DNA of 64,000 nucleotides from Pseudovirgaria hyperparasitica (taxonomy: Eukaryota). Below are positions 11,925-23,983 of the stretch, piece after piece (positions within the stretch are counted from its first letter, which is position 1; each line of letters begins with the position of its first letter). The position numbers and the translations under genes are program-made. The notes beneath the pieces were generated by a model that made no database searches, was not told the origin of the DNA, and saw only the letters and a list, made by a program, of their open reading frames with translations. Where the stretch lies: assembly GCA_010093815.1 (NCBI GenBank), contig ML996565.1; one strand, given 5' to 3'.

Positions 11925-13618
11925 AGCGATTCTCACAATAACCGGCCGCTACGTGCTCAGAGAAAGAAGTACGGCGAAAGAAGAGCACAGAGTGTGGAGA
12001 ACGGGGTTTGGAAAAACAGGGGGTCCTGGATAGACATGGATAGCGAACTGTGCCGTTCTTCTTCTGTAGACTACCAAAACACATCGTAACGCATACACCT
12101 CTACCTGCAAGAAAGCTTATCTGTTTCCTGGTGACAACCACCAGAAGCAACCATGGGGGAGAACGTACGCACGAAAATATGATGACGACGAATCTCTTGC
12201 CTTATAAGATAAGATAACAGCCATGGCAGTTGTGAATAGGGAAGATAATGATACCAAGTTCTCCCCGGGATTCGACATCCCATACCTCCTCCTCGCCGAG
12301 ACTGGGAGCACCAACAACAACAACAATCACATGTGACAATGACGCTAATTACAACAAAGTAGTTTAATCTCCTCCTAGAGCTCAGCAACAGCCATGAGCC
12401 TAGAACAACTGCATCCATCTATCCACACAAATGTCTGTGTGTCTGCTAAGCAAAAAGAGCACTTATTTAATTAATGTGAGTGAGCATGCGACCTATCAGA
12501 TGCTCTCGAGCACTAGCCTAATCGAGTAACCCGGGGGCTATTCCGGGGGGTTACACTTGCACTTACATAGATAGATAGGTACCTAGTACAAATTAATTAG
12601 TCGGAATAATGATGGTAGGTAAGTAGATACTGGGCTAGAGTAGCCCCCAACTGGTAGCGGTCAAAACGTCTTGAAGATAGTCATCCGCCCGGTGAACTCA
12701 GCGTTATGAGGAGTCATGGCATTGTCAAAGCTGCTTATCCGGGTGTATAGCAGAGGAAGTGAGCTCAGCCCTGCCCGTGTCAGGCCCAACGTTGTTTAAG
12801 CTTTACATACAAGCTATTTAGTGTATGTAGATGGCGGAGTCTTCGATAGTTCCGTGTAACCTTTAAGGTGCTGGTGTATTAGCCACGTTGTTGAGCCAGC
12901 ATGCGTTGATTAGTTATTTGCGAATGTGCAGCGATGGGGATCGATGCCGGTAAAGATCAGATTGGATTGATTGGTCCATAGATAGATAGATAGATACCTA
13001 GATGGAGAAACAGCACCACCGCAAGTCGCCACTGCGCAGCAATATAAGCCTCACAAAGAACCTTCCTACCGCTTTCTATGATGGGTAGCTGAATGAGCAT
13101 TCACACTCACCTCCGGCCTATGTTTAGCGGCCGCGGCTTCGTGAGGGAGCTGAGAGCGACTGGACACACTCCGTGGCGGTGACCCGAGTTTTGGTGAGGC
13201 TGGGCCAAAGACCTGGCGTCATTCCCCGTTTGGTCTCATCCATTTGATCTAGTTTCGGAAATACCCTGTTGGGTAACGCCCAGCTGCTCTGTCGATCTAG
13301 GGACCTGCATCAACCGATCAGCAGTCCTTCCAATAGAAAATGCATAGAAGATACAATACACACATTTTCAGCCTCAATTTATAAAAAGAAGCACAAGCTT
13401 TTCATTCGTGAACGCGCTAACAGTAGGATATCGATGGGCACGCTGACAAAGTAGCGTGAACGATCTCAAGGGGTAATAGTGTGTGTGTGCTGTGGGGTCT
13501 TCTGCTGGACTGGACAGCTGCTTGCGCCTGCACTTGAACAAAACGCTTGAAGCCGCACACGGTTTGTGCTGCTGATCTTCCGACATCTTTACTCACCCTT
13601 GATTGTGAGGGTGGTATG

Positions 13619-13670
13619 CAAAGCTGTGCGCCAAAGCTGTGCGCCAAAGCTGTGCGCCAAAGCTGTGCGC
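13619..13670. repeat. Perfect 13-bp minisatellite (CAAAGCTGTGCGC)x4
   Basis: Directly visible, about 115 bp upstream of the ATG at 13785. Confidence 0.95.
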
Positions 13671-13784
13671 CAGAGTGGTCAACCCTGTATTCGCAATACA
13701 AACAAACAGTGACAGAAGAAGAACCTCCTTCAATCTAGCAGCTCACACCGAATTTAAGCCACGAGCGTCGACGCATATTGCAAG

Positions 13785-15461
13785 ATGCCACCGAAGTCAA
13801 CGCCAACATTCGAATTCGTGTCTGTCAATCCAAAGGATGCTGCTGTCCGTCGACTCGACCCGGACGCCATGTTCCGCGTGCGCCGACAAGCCATGGTCGT
13901 AGCTTATCGCGGCCGAGACAAGACAAATCTACAAGTCGCTACTAAGAAAGTTCCATCACTAACAAAAGCCTGCGAAACGCATCGATGGCTTGCAACTGAG
14001 CAAGGAGCGTTCAAGTCAAAGCAAGTCAAGCGAAAAAGAAAGCCTCTCGTACATCACCTACGTGAAGACCAGGAGCAAGAGTTTGAAATGGCACTGGATC
14101 CTCTTCTAACTCTCAGCGTGACGGATTACGCTGCTCTTAGGAACGAGTTTGGGGTGGACATTGTCAGTCTTGCCGTGCTTGGAGAGCTTGATGTCGGGTT
14201 ATTCGCGTTCGATTCATTGAACAAAAGACCCGGTCGAATCTCGGAGGTATTGAGTCAAGGACACTCAGAATCGTGGCTGAGGCATCTTCCAAGTCACTAT
14301 GGGTATTGTGAGTATCTTGATGATGCTATCCGTTGCGTCTCTGCTCGACTGAATCAACGTATTGCTGGGACCGTAAATGAGGTTGTTGTCTGGAGATTGT
14401 ATGGAAAAGCACTGCGGAGCTTGCAGAACGCGATCGAGTCACCTGGTGGTTGGATGAATACTAATGTGCTATATGCTTCACACTTACTGGCAATGTTTGA
14501 GGTGATTAGACCAGAGCTGACATTTGAAGCATTGGCTGATCATGTGCATCGCAGTTGCTTGCCCCTGGTCAAAGGTATATCTCGGATGGCTGGAACCGAC
14601 ATAGGACCGGGACTATACGATTACTTGAGTCGAGGGGCCCGGAGCATTATAGCACATCATTCGATCGAGCCATACTGCGAGCGCAAGCGATGTCAGTGGT
14701 AAGTGATCGACGATCCTGTTCTAGTCGTTGACCCTCGCTAAAATTAACTATAGCCGATCGAAGCACTGGTGAACCCACGTCAGAGTTGCTTCTTTGGTAC
14801 TTCACGATGGCGAAAGTTGTTCCTCGAATGCGCTGAGCTGGAGGATGAGCCTTCCGAAGCAGCGTGGTTCTCCCTGTTCACATTCGGAGCTGAAATGCCC
14901 AACCTGCTTCGTGGTATAGCAGACTTTATACAGGACGGGGCACCGCCAGACCGATTTGTCGGAATACTTCAGCGCGTCCAGAAACAGCGAAAAGGGCTGC
15001 TTGAATGGTTCGATGCATATGGCAAACTCGATCCTAAAAGCATATCGAGCTCGTGGGTAACAGTGCCTGTGAGGCTCCTGGATCGCCTAGTGTCTTTACC
15101 GGCCAACTTGAACAGCATCTTTGTCCTGAACATGATGACCGTGGACAAGATTATCTCTTGTTTGACTGTGGACCGAGAGGAAGCTGCTAGATTCAATGAG
15201 GAGGCACATATGTTAGAGCTACAGTGGCTCAATGTCGAGGCGACAGCACGAAAACTGTACCCAAATCTTCCACCCACGATGAAGTGGTACATGGAACCTA
15301 AAGTCGCAAGTGATACTGCGTTCTCGGGAATGAAGACGCAGTGGTTGGATCGTCTAGATACATCGGAACCCCAGTCTGGAGACCTTGCAAATTTTGACTT
15401 GAGTGGCGTACGTGTAGAGCCTGCGCTCATACCACGACCACTTAGAGCATCGATTGGATGA
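13785..15461 (+). CDS. Fungal-specific transcription-factor-like protein lacking a zinc cluster
   Basis: N-terminal FEFVSVNP...VRRQAM motif; helical region HLPSHYG..YLDDAIRC, LYGKALRSLQNAI and spliced H..GTIRLLESRGP. Introns at about 14502-14553 and 14699-14753. The 3' end might extend to 15568 through a very short intron. Confidence 0.75.
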
Positions 15462-18458
15462 AGGATATGAACGAAATGTCACTCACACCAAACTTGCTAA
15501 AAAATCTGGAAGAAGGTCGTTTTGCCTGCAGTATTGCGAACACAACGGGTCCAACCTTCCACAAATGACTACAGCGACTCACCTTCAGTGGAGGCTGCCA
15601 CGGAGTAAGTGATCTGTCCTGCTTGCTTCCCAGGCTCCAATTCTACACCAAGCTTCTACTCCCCGAAGATCAGGCCAAGACTCGCTGATGCCACCCAAGT
15701 GTTGGAGGAGAATGTATCTTCTGGCATGGACCGCATTTCACGCGCTGATGTCATCTTTCGATGCATGTTGCCGTCGCCACGGGGTATTGCTGGGATCATT
15801 GACCATGCTATGAAGACAGACGTGGCGTCGCGTGTCCGCGTGGGTGGCACAATCTGACAGACTATGCTGGCTGCCTCTAGCAACCCATACCATCGCGATC
15901 ACGCGTGTCGAGCCTAGGATCAAGAATAGGCGCACATTGTTCGCGGTGGAACTTGTGTTCGATTTTGTGTGACTCATCGTCGTGAGACACGGAGCAAGAT
16001 TTGGGGCGACGAGTGACCGGGCGCTTTGAAGAGTTCCATAACCGTGTTCTTTGCCGGACACTATCTGGAAAACCAAAGTTGTATGATTTTTATGACACAT
16101 ATATGCTGTTGTATATGAATCAACAAAGGACTAACGGCCACGACGTCAAAATTTGAGGTGAAGATGAGCCACCGCCTTGTTTGTTACGTGTGCATGAAAA
16201 CAGTTATGAATGTTTTACTTGTTTCCGATTTGGGAAGGCTCAAGGCCTCCTCTCTCGCGGTGGCATCTACTAAGCTTGAGCCAGTGTGAATCATCGCCGA
16301 GACTTGAAGCGGTGTGATATGGAACATAGCCGACTTTACCCGTTCAGTGAGGATGAAATAAAGTGGCGGATAAGGCCGGCGTGAGCAGGTAAAGCCACAG
16401 TCACAGCTTCTTTCTGAAGTTTATTAGTTTGAGTGCGACGCAACGATTGTTCAATGCTCCAGGTTTTGAAATGTCTACAGTGTCGTTGTATGGGGGCCTT
16501 TGATGAGTGAGATGGATGTGTGGCGAGGCGGGCGTCTGAGTAACGCAACGTAGGTATCCATACTACCCGCCGAGTCCGGTCTAGCTTGGGCTGGATGACG
16601 CCGTCCAGCTGGCTGATGACTGTACCGATACCGGACCCGCCCAATCTCATCGACATCTGACGATGCAACTGTGAAGGCGCTTCACGATAACATCGTCTTC
16701 AGCTTCGTTCAACAGTTTAGCTCAAGCTGAAGGGCAAGCTGGAAAGTCCCTTGGTATGCGCGTCACGGGACTCTGCACGGCTCCAGCTGATGACCGTGGC
16801 TTGTGGATATGTCGACGTTGACGTTCATCGCCATCCATCTTCCGTACTAACATCTAGCTGCGGCCATGTCCATCGTGGTCCGGAAGGCTTATGTGGGTCA
16901 GCATGGAGGCAAATGATAATTACTGTCTCTTTTTGGTTTCGTACAACGCCCCTCTGACCAACCAAGTACTAGCAGCACATTACCGAGCGAATGATGAGCA
17001 GCTGAAGGCTTCGAATATGGCAATCCTGCGGGGCTCGCCAGCATGCGAGTCATCGGCAGAAGGATGGGCTGACCTTGCTGAGTCTCCGGCTCTTCCAGAC
17101 GTTCTTTGCGAAGCGTCTCGCCACTGCTCCTCGTTGCTGTCGCGATATGGTGTGGTCGCATGTTCTTACGAGAAATTTGCTCTCCCTGGTGACTATTAGT
17201 TTCATTAGCATGCAAGCGCGCAATCGAGCCATGTCGCCAGTGCAGGAACACGGCCGCGAAAAGGCAGGTCGGCCTTGTTCACGGTTGACGCTCCCCCTGG
17301 TGACTCAACTAGCCGATAATACCCCTTGGAGGAGATGAAGGCTTCCTGAATAGGACTAATTAACGGACATTTCAGCGATTTATAGAGCCATACTTGGCTA
17401 AATAGTCTGGGCGCCCGCTGTAGTTTGGGGCTAAAGCAGCAAAGGCCAGCTTACTGCTGGGCTGGTGATTGGCCCAAGAGCTCATCTGTGTCTCAACAGG
17501 CTGCAGCATCGCAAGCATACATGAATTGGCGATACGAGCATGGATGTCCGCAATCTCTCGTTCAGATATCGTTCACTACTCAAGAATTGAAGAGCTCACG
17601 ACGCGCTGCAAAAGAAGAGCAATGGCAAGAACTGCGGCCAGGCAGCTGTGGCGAGGCTTGGAACGTTGATCCAGTTGTAATTAGGCGTTCTCGACAGTTG
17701 TCTCAGCCCCAAAGTGCATAATCATTTGTTGCAGCATTGCCTCGTTACAAGTTTGGCGCTGGCGGGATGGGATGATCGGAGGCTGGCTTTGCTAGGGGGG
17801 GCTCATCACTCATCACTTACGCGCGAACGCGACACGACGAAGCTATGCGACAGACGACCCATGGAGGGATGCCTGCGCTTTCCACCTGTCACTTTATGCC
17901 TCCAGGCTGTGCGGCCTTGCGAATGGTGTGAGGTGTGTCACGTTCGCAGGATGGACGGCGTAGGTGGACTACTTGAGGTTAAGTGACAGAGGTGAACGTT
18001 TGGCTACATTGATGAGTACGATGTTAGCGTGATGCAATTTTAATACGGGTGGCCAAACGATGAGGAAGACGTAGCACGAAATGATGCTGGCCACTCTGCT
18101 CTGGGTGACTCGAAAGGAGGCAATAATTAGACAGCATGAATGGCGAGTGATGAGTGGTAAGTGGTGGAGGATTGGTTGGAGGAGTGGAGGGTAATGCGAA
18201 ATGCTGGGAATTGAGTGGGTGCGGGCGCTGTCGAGGGGCAAAAAGCCTGACCGGACCGGGCAGCACTGGGGAGTGTGAGAGAGGGAGGAGGGCTTGTGCG
18301 AGTGTGTGTGTGCGTGTATGTGCGTGTGTGCCCTTTGCTTCCCCTTTGGAGTTTGGTGTGGGAAGGAAGCGGAGTCATCGCCCGTGTCCTCGCGCCATCA
18401 TCAAAACCACAGCGGCCGCCGCCCATACACACACCTTCTCGTCTCCAAGCAAGCGACG

Positions 18459-19471
18459 ATGGCCCCTTCGACGTCAACCTTCGAGCCTCACGGCATCTAA
18501 TACCAATACCATTACCACGAGCACTCGAAAGTCGTCTATCGAAGCAGCCAGAGCTTGTTGTCGTCCATCTCCTCTCACTTCTTTGTCTATCTTCACCAAT
18601 CTCCTCTCAGCTTATCCTTCTCGTTCGGTCCTCGTTCCGTCAGGTCTACCTACATTCCACCTACTAGCCAACAGTCCAGCTTTGTCTCACGTCCGCGTAC
18701 CGTTGTTTGCTGCCAAACGCCTCTGCCTGCTGTGTGGGAGCCTGCACAAAGACTCATACCAGCAGTCATTCACTCATACGACCTTGTTATATTACTTGCC
18801 ACTCTCTCTTGTGGCTCTTACCCACTCATACCCATCCGCCACCGCCAGTCTTCTGCGACTTTTGCCTCGTTCACTCGATCGCGATATCGCCCTCCCAACA
18901 TATTACCTGCCGTACCTGCATAACATTCTCAACGCAATACTACAATTCCGAATACTCTCATACCACTACATCATTCAACTCTCGCCGACTTTCTGCGAAA
19001 GCAGTCGTGTGCATTTGGAGACTCTGTTACGGTCACCATCTAAGCATCTTCTTCTTTCCAGATCACCGACCCTGTCACGATGGTTGATTCACCACACTCC
19101 GAACCTTCAGTCAACAGCCGCCCAGTATATACCATTGCTACCGAGACCAAGACTTTCGAATACGAAGCCTCTATGATTTAGATCTTCTTCACAAGACTTC
19201 CATCTACCGAGTTAGGATTACAGTAGCTCATCTACTGTTGGATCTCGGTCACGAACGTTTTGTCTACGGTCTATTCTCGCTAGCTCTCATTGGTATTACT
19301 GTGGTGAGCTTTTGACTGGAGCAACCCCAGTCAACTCGAGCTTCAACCATCAGCACTCGATATTTCTCTCCCAATACTCCTCCAGTTCTCTCGATATTTG
19401 ACCTGATACCTTCCATCTTATCATTTTACGCGCCTTTCTTTTTCATATACTCATATACTCATATACCCGCC
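18459..19471 (+). promoter_or_regulatory. Long pyrimidine-rich putative 5' leader of the cyclin gene with two uORFs (18459-18500, 19080-19181)
   Basis: The only ATGs in this span are at 18459, 19080 and 19173 (the last lies in frame inside uORF2). Both uORF starts read ACGATGG. Transcription start is not known. Confidence 0.6.
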
Positions 19472-21464
19472 ATGATGAGTCTCGATCTTCGATCGTCGTG
19501 TGCAAACCCCACCAGTTATCCCTACGCCTCCTCACTAGCTTCCTCAGCTTCTTCCTCCTCTTCCTCAGTCTTCTCCGACGACGCGCGGTCTCAGGATTCA
19601 TCTGCCAGCTCTACACAGTCCAGCCAGACTTACACAGACTCCTGGGCTAAAAACGCGTGGAACCAGCCGCTTGCTCGTGTTAGCACGTTTCCACAATCGC
19701 AGACGTCCTCTGTCCGGCGCAGCAATACCTCGACCAATCTACCTTCGTTAATCACATCTGGACTCCCCCTCTCAGTCGAGCAACGCCAGCACCCACGTAG
19801 ATCATCTATCAGTTCTCGTCCGCCGCCTACACTCGTACGACAAAGCGAGCGTAAGGTCAGCTTTGTAGATAGCCTAGTCGGTGAGCATATTTAGTTCTCT
19901 TTTCTTGTCATTCGCTAAGATATCACCCTTCAAAGTCTCTGCAACACAAATTGTGGAAGTAATATGGCCCCTCTCTGTGCCAGCTTGTCCATTGGATGAG
20001 CGCACTGGTAAGGGCGTTCTTCCGCTACGTACCTTTATACAAGAGACCCTACGTAGGTCGCGTACCAGCTACTCCACCCTCCAGGTGGCTCTGTACTACT
20101 TGATTTTGATCAAGCCTCACGTCCCTGCTACCGATTTTACAATGGAGCAACGTACGGACGACCACGCTTGGCGTTCCTTGCAATGTGGTAGGCGCATGTT
20201 TCTCGCTGCTTTGATACTCGCCTCAAAGTACTTGCAAGATCGCAATTTCTCGTCTCGTGCTTGGAGTAAAATATCTGGCCTCAAAGTCTGTGAAATCAAC
20301 ACGAACGAAATGGCTTTCTTAGAAGCTGTCAAGTGGAAGCTCCACATCACCGATGCTGTTTTCGAACGATGGCAACGAGTTGTCTTCGATCATACTCCGG
20401 GACACCCCCCTTCCCCTGGAGGATGTGCCCTCTTCAACTCTTGGAGAGCTGTCATGCCTCAACTGACCCCCGACCTGGACAAAGTATGCTTTGCGCCTCG
20501 GACATCCGAGCGCATAACTACGTCGGAGAAGTTACCCCTGCCTCGATCACCTCTCGGGTTTAGCCCACAGGAAGCAATGTCAACGCCTATCGAGACCAAG
20601 CTTCCGCGCTTCCTGGAACCCAAACCTGAGATGCTGCCACCGACTCCAACGCTACTTCGCACCGGCCTACTACCGACACCGTTGATGACCCCGCAATCTA
20701 TAGCGTCGTCCGCTCCTGCAGCGAGTGGGATGACGTTTGGATCAAGACGTCCATCAATGTGCTCGGCAATGGCTCAAGCTCAGAGTGTGTCAAATGCACG
20801 CTCCATCACGGAGTGGCCGTTTCCTACTTTCCGAAGGCCTTCTATCACATGTTCAGGCTCACTGTCTTCCTCTCCAGAGTCTATGGTATCCGACAATTCC
20901 AGTCGATCGTCTCGAGCCTCATCAATTTCGTCTGTCTCATCCGCTGGCTGGGCGCCGAATCAGGCCAACTTGGCCCGTATGGCGACTTGCCGCAACGTCA
21001 GACTGCCCTATCAAGTTCCCGTTCTTAGGCGAAGTGTGAGTCCTCAGGATGCTATCAGCGAGATGCCGTCACCTTGCCCGGATACTCGATATGTGGATGA
21101 TGACTGGGTACTGAAGACCCCTACAAGGTCTGTGTCAGCCTATGATCTTGGTTCTAGCAGCCGGAAGCGTGCTAGGGAATCTCTTGATTTGCACCAGAAT
21201 GTACGAGAGCAGCTCGCAACTCCGACTCCCGTCACCACCGTGCTTCCCGACCGCACTGTCGCGAAGAGCTTTGCCCTCCAACGCAATTCCACCCCTGCAA
21301 TTGACTTTGAGAGCAAGCAAACGCAATCACCTTCATCATTGTCTATGCATGAACGTCGTGTTCCAATACAGAAGGACCTAGGTCGCAAGCGGACTTGTGC
21401 CAGCGAAGCAACGCTCTTCATGAGCCGCCAGCCCGGTCCAGGCATGTGGGAAGACATCCTATAG
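19472..21464 (+). CDS. Pho85-type (Pcl5-like) cyclin with Ser/Pro-rich termini
   Basis: Cyclin box LPLRTFIQETLRRSRTSYSTLQVALYYL...LQCGRRMFLAALILASKYLQDRNFSSRAWSKISGL...EINTNEMAFL...WKLHI. Intron 19881-19935. Confidence 0.9.
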
Positions 21465-22340
21465 ATGATCCTCTCAACACAAACACCATTAGTGGCACCA
21501 AACTCTCCCAACTTGATACCACTCCCCACCCCATCTGTAAATTTTCCTCACACACCCTCCCATATACCTACCACTATCTTCCTTCATTTAGTCAACTTCT
21601 TGCGTCGTCTGAGTTTGTCATTTTCGGAGTGTGTGTGTGCATGTTCCAAAGGATCTTCAGCTAGTCGCAGCCTAGCCGGCGAATGGGCGGATGGAGTCCT
21701 TTGACACTGCATTGAAGATCTGGAGTAAGTCATTTGAAAACACAGCGTTCCATGCCGAAGCGTCTATTTCGAGCTTCTGTGCTGGTGCCTATCGTTGAGA
21801 TGTAAAGGGGGAGGCGCGTGAGGGCGGAGGTTATTGGTATGGAAGAAGGCAAGTAGGTAGTCTAGTTAGCTTGGCGCGACGCAGTGGGCGTGGCCATTGT
21901 ACTGAGTATTATATGTGATATGAAGTTTTTCGGATTAAGTCGATCAGTGGTGCGTACTGATTTGTGATCTTTCGTCTGATCACATTTTATGCACTGGCAG
22001 AGGTTTTCACAATTTGGCTGTTCTATTTTCGCTGGCGTTGACTTCTGGCTCCTGACGTCTGACTTCTCGATTTAATGCTGATATATTTCTCCCTCATCTA
22101 TCCCATATTCAAGTCTAGTCATTTATCAAGTCTGGTGTACGACTTGGCTAACTGTTGATTTTCACCTGTTCGGAAAGGAGCCCTGGTCGCGGATTCACTC
22201 ACATATGCGGCGTTAGCGACACACCGCGTCGAAATGCATATGCATCATAACTAGTCTGCAGCAAAAGTTATCCGTTACTTAGATATTGAGTGCTTCTAGC
22301 TACAGTGGTTAGCAGCTGGACAAGTAGCTCCCAGCTCGGT

Positions 22341-23983
22341 TCATAGCTCATCTGTGTTCCTCAAGCTCTCATCCTCCCTCAATACCAAACGATATAACCC
22401 CAACGAGTGCCGCGGTATATCAGCCGTGAACGTGCCCTTGGGCGTCCTATCCGGTCCAATGGTCCCAACATGCTTCCCCATGAGCGCCACATCACGGTTC
22501 ATAATCCCGGCCGCATAACTCGTCGCCGTCGCATTGTACCGCGTCAACGTTCCATTCACCCCAACCGGCATGCTCAGCGCAGTACTATTGATGATACTCC
22601 CAGCTTGACTCTCGCTCATCCGATTCCCCCAGAGATCATACACATCCCACACCATATCGAGCTCCGCCGGCCGCTTATACGCGCCCGCCGTCCACGAGTC
22701 GAGCAGGATATCGCTCAGCGTCATGTTCAGCGTCATATCCTCGTCCGAGGCATTGATGAGCGCGACGGCCTGGTCGGAGTTATTGAGGCCGCGGGTCCAG
22801 AGGGCGATTTCGCCCTGTCCGAACGCGTCCGGATGCAGCTCGTAGCGCCACTTCAGCACGGCCGCGCCGGCGGACGGGTCCTGGTTCAGCGCGATGACGG
22901 CCGGGTTGGCGTAGATGGCAAGGTTGGCGGGCGAGAGGGTGAGGACGTTTGTGCCGATGAGCAGGGGCGAGGAGTGTAGCGCCCACATGGAGAAGTGGAT
23001 GACGTATTCGCCGTCGGACTGGCCGCCGTTGCCGACCTCGAGCATGTCCATGTCGTTGAAGTAGCCGGACATGGTGCGCGAGGTGATGGCGGCCATTTTG
23101 TTGAGGATGTTCATGACGGAGCAGTGGAAGCCTGGCCAGCGGCAGCCGATGGCGGAGGTGCAGGGGCAGCGCTCGTCCGGGCGGTTGAAGGAGTCGTAGA
23201 TGTCGCCGGACATGCGGCCGCTGTTTGCGATGTCGTAGGCCCAGTCGTAGGGGTCGTCGTTGCCCCAGTTGCACATTGCGTATACGATCGGGCGGCCGGT
23301 CTTGTTCAGGGCGTCGGACATGACTTTGTACCGGTCGAATGATAGTTTGGGCGTGCCGGACTGGCCTTGGTTGAAGCAGTTGTCGTACTTGAGGTAATCG
23401 ACGCCTATCTCGGCCCAGTAGTCTGCGTCCTTCTGCTCGTAGCCCAGAGAGCCGGGGTATTTGCCGCAGGTGAATGTTCCTGCAGAGGAATAGATGCCGA
23501 ATTTCATACCCATGCTGTGGATCGTGTCCACGACGTACTTCATGCCATTAGGGAACTTCTTGTCTGTGGCGATATGTGAGCTTAGGTGCAACATTGGGGA
23601 CAACCACGGAACTCACCGTTGGACACAAGGTATCCAGTCTCATTACGACCAACAGACCAGCAATCATCAAGAATAATATGATCATAGCCAAGATCTCGCA
23701 GGCCATAGTCGACCATCGCTTTCGCCGTGCTCAAGAGCAGTGTTTCGTTGACATCGCAGTGAACTGAATGAAGCGCGTCAGTATCGAACAACTACTACAA
23801 CACCAAAAAAAACATACAAGCGTTCCAATTATTAAACCCCATACGCGGCGTCAAACTGAGGCCATTATACGACGACGCAGCAGGAACCACGACTTTGCCA
23901 TTCTGATCAAGATACGCAGCACTGTGCTGCATGAAGAGCGCCAGGCACGCAGAGAACAAGAATAGCGTCGTCTTGAAGCCCAT
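22341..23983 (-). CDS. Alpha-galactosidase, glycoside hydrolase family 27
   Basis: Signal peptide; NGLSLTPRMGFNNWN, ILDDCW, YLKYDNC (nucleophile), RMSGDI (acid/base) and NDMDMLEVGNGG. Introns 23764-23817 and 23564-23616. Confidence 0.96.

Noticed and set aside
11310..11936. Long antisense or alternative-frame ORFs over YIF1, the GH27 gene, areA, REC8 and the last gene
   Set aside because: They are shadows of GC3-rich or repetitive coding sequence and have no protein-like motifs.
12526..12554. Short inverted repeat GTAACCC...GGGTTAC as MITE termini
   Set aside because: Only 7-bp arms around a very short spacer; no duplication or second copy in the window.
13619..13670. Direct repeats as a CRISPR-like array
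   Set aside because: Units are contiguous with no spacers, the context is eukaryotic and there are no cas genes.
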